Shown here: piece after piece, positions 63,362 through 64,000 of the stretch
Layout of the letters: every line of letters begins with the position of its first letter
Numbering within the stretch: the first letter of the stretch is position 1
Source: an uncultured Dehalococcoidia bacterium
GTDB taxonomy: Bacteria; Chloroflexota; Dehalococcoidia; GIF9; UBA5629
DNA length: 64,000 nucleotides
Direction: 5' to 3'
Assembly: GCA_937975645.1 (NCBI GenBank)
Contig: CALJTV010000036.1
Location: 39,622-103,621 of the forward strand
Notes under the pieces: generated by a model
Seen by the model: only the letters and a program-made list of their open reading frames with translations
Told to the model about the DNA's origin: nothing
Databases searched by the model: none
Program-made: the position numbers and the translations under genes

Positions 63362-63398
63362 AGTGTATCCCTGCGCAGGGAACTTTTAGAAAACAATA

Positions 63399-63973
63399 TC
63401 ATGGGACAAAACTAAAGTCGGAGATGTGCTTGAAAGCCAGCGCCCGGCTATTCGGGGAGCAGTCTAAAGCAATCTGCTTGTCTTTGCAGCCATCCACAAC
63501 AAGCTGAAGGACCCGCAGTTCGCGTGCTGTCAGGCACTGGCAGTTCGCTCTTTGTACTAGCGAATTCACGTCGTACCGCCGGGCAAAGGACGCTGCTATT
63601 TCCGGCTCCGTCACCACCTTGCCTGCCGCCACAGCTTCAATGGCTGGCACAATGTTTTCTATCGGCACGCTGCGCAGTAGATATCCATTAGCACCGGATG
63701 CCAAGGCCGCTAAGGCACTGGTAAAGTCCGCCTCCCGCGCCAGTACCATAATATTGGAAGTGGGTGATACCTTCTCGACCTGCCTGGTAATATCGATCTG
63801 GGATGTCATAGCACCTATAATGACGACTCGGGGTTTAACTGGCTGGCTAACTCCGCAACCTTGTGGGTTTCTGGGGCTACTGCGGTGGACTCTACCTTAC
63901 GGCAGCGGGAAGCTACCTGCTTTAGGCTGTATATCAGGGGACAATCCGCCGACACCAGCATTACCTGCTTCAT
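63399..63973 (-). pseudogene. NarL/LuxR-type response regulator split over two frames, with a degenerate receiver domain
   Basis: Frame A (ATG 63973 to TAG 63815) reads MKQVMLVSADCPLIYSLKQV...AELASQLNPESSL. Frame B is open from 63896 and reads ...KPRVVIIGAMTSQIDITRQVEKV...GANGYLLRS...LTARELRVLQLVVDGCKDKQIA... Confidence 0.55.
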
Positions 63974-64000
63974 CTTCCCCGAACACCTTATCCCATCTCC

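Overview
This is a gene-dense chromosomal segment with about 70 protein genes and one tRNA. I found no rRNA, CRISPR array or recognisable mobile element. The source looks like an anaerobic bacterium. The gene content (AbfD-type dehydratase, DRTGG and pyruvate-kinase-C-domain proteins, NifX/MinD-ferredoxin/DUF134 genes, many GTG/TTG starts, frequent 1-4 nt stop/start overlaps) resembles Chloroflexota/Dehalococcoidia-like genomes, but that is inference only.

Housekeeping backbone: recN (partial), sucCD, pabABC, folC, pyrF, tilS, serS, lysS, greA, speH-speE, dinB, ilvE, rpsT, tRNA-Ser(UGA) and a CIRCE-controlled hrcA-grpE-dnaK operon.

Poorly understood content worth follow-up:
1. A tightly translationally coupled minus-strand cluster at 14.2-21.2 kb runs DUF134 regulator, DUF5320-like, NifX-like, Cys4 ribbon, two MinD-type ATPases with ferredoxin inserts, FmdB ribbon, unknown, NifX-like. 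After a 117-nt gap come a methyltransferase, Mrp/ApbC, CooC and CooT. No client metalloenzyme is present in the window. Four adjacent proteins share Gly/Arg-rich GRGCG-type modules.
2. A tldD-pmbA-PAC2-HEAT-GNAT operon lies at 47.6-52.5 kb.
3. A small membrane protein is built from 12 tandem hydrophobic pentapeptides (30424-30603).
4. Three consecutive zinc-ribbon proteins include two with a ribbon-TM-Fn3-thioredoxin architecture (36.5-40.4 kb).
5. An 18-Cys secreted protein carries a CCCC run.
6. A LarA-like/LutC/LutB-LutA-fusion module is present.
7. Coding anomalies: an in-frame TAG in a methyltransferase, a probable ATC start, and a split pseudo-receiver regulator.
8. A terminator hairpin sits in the greA leader.

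All calls come from reading the translations and the DNA by eye. No database search or HMM was run.
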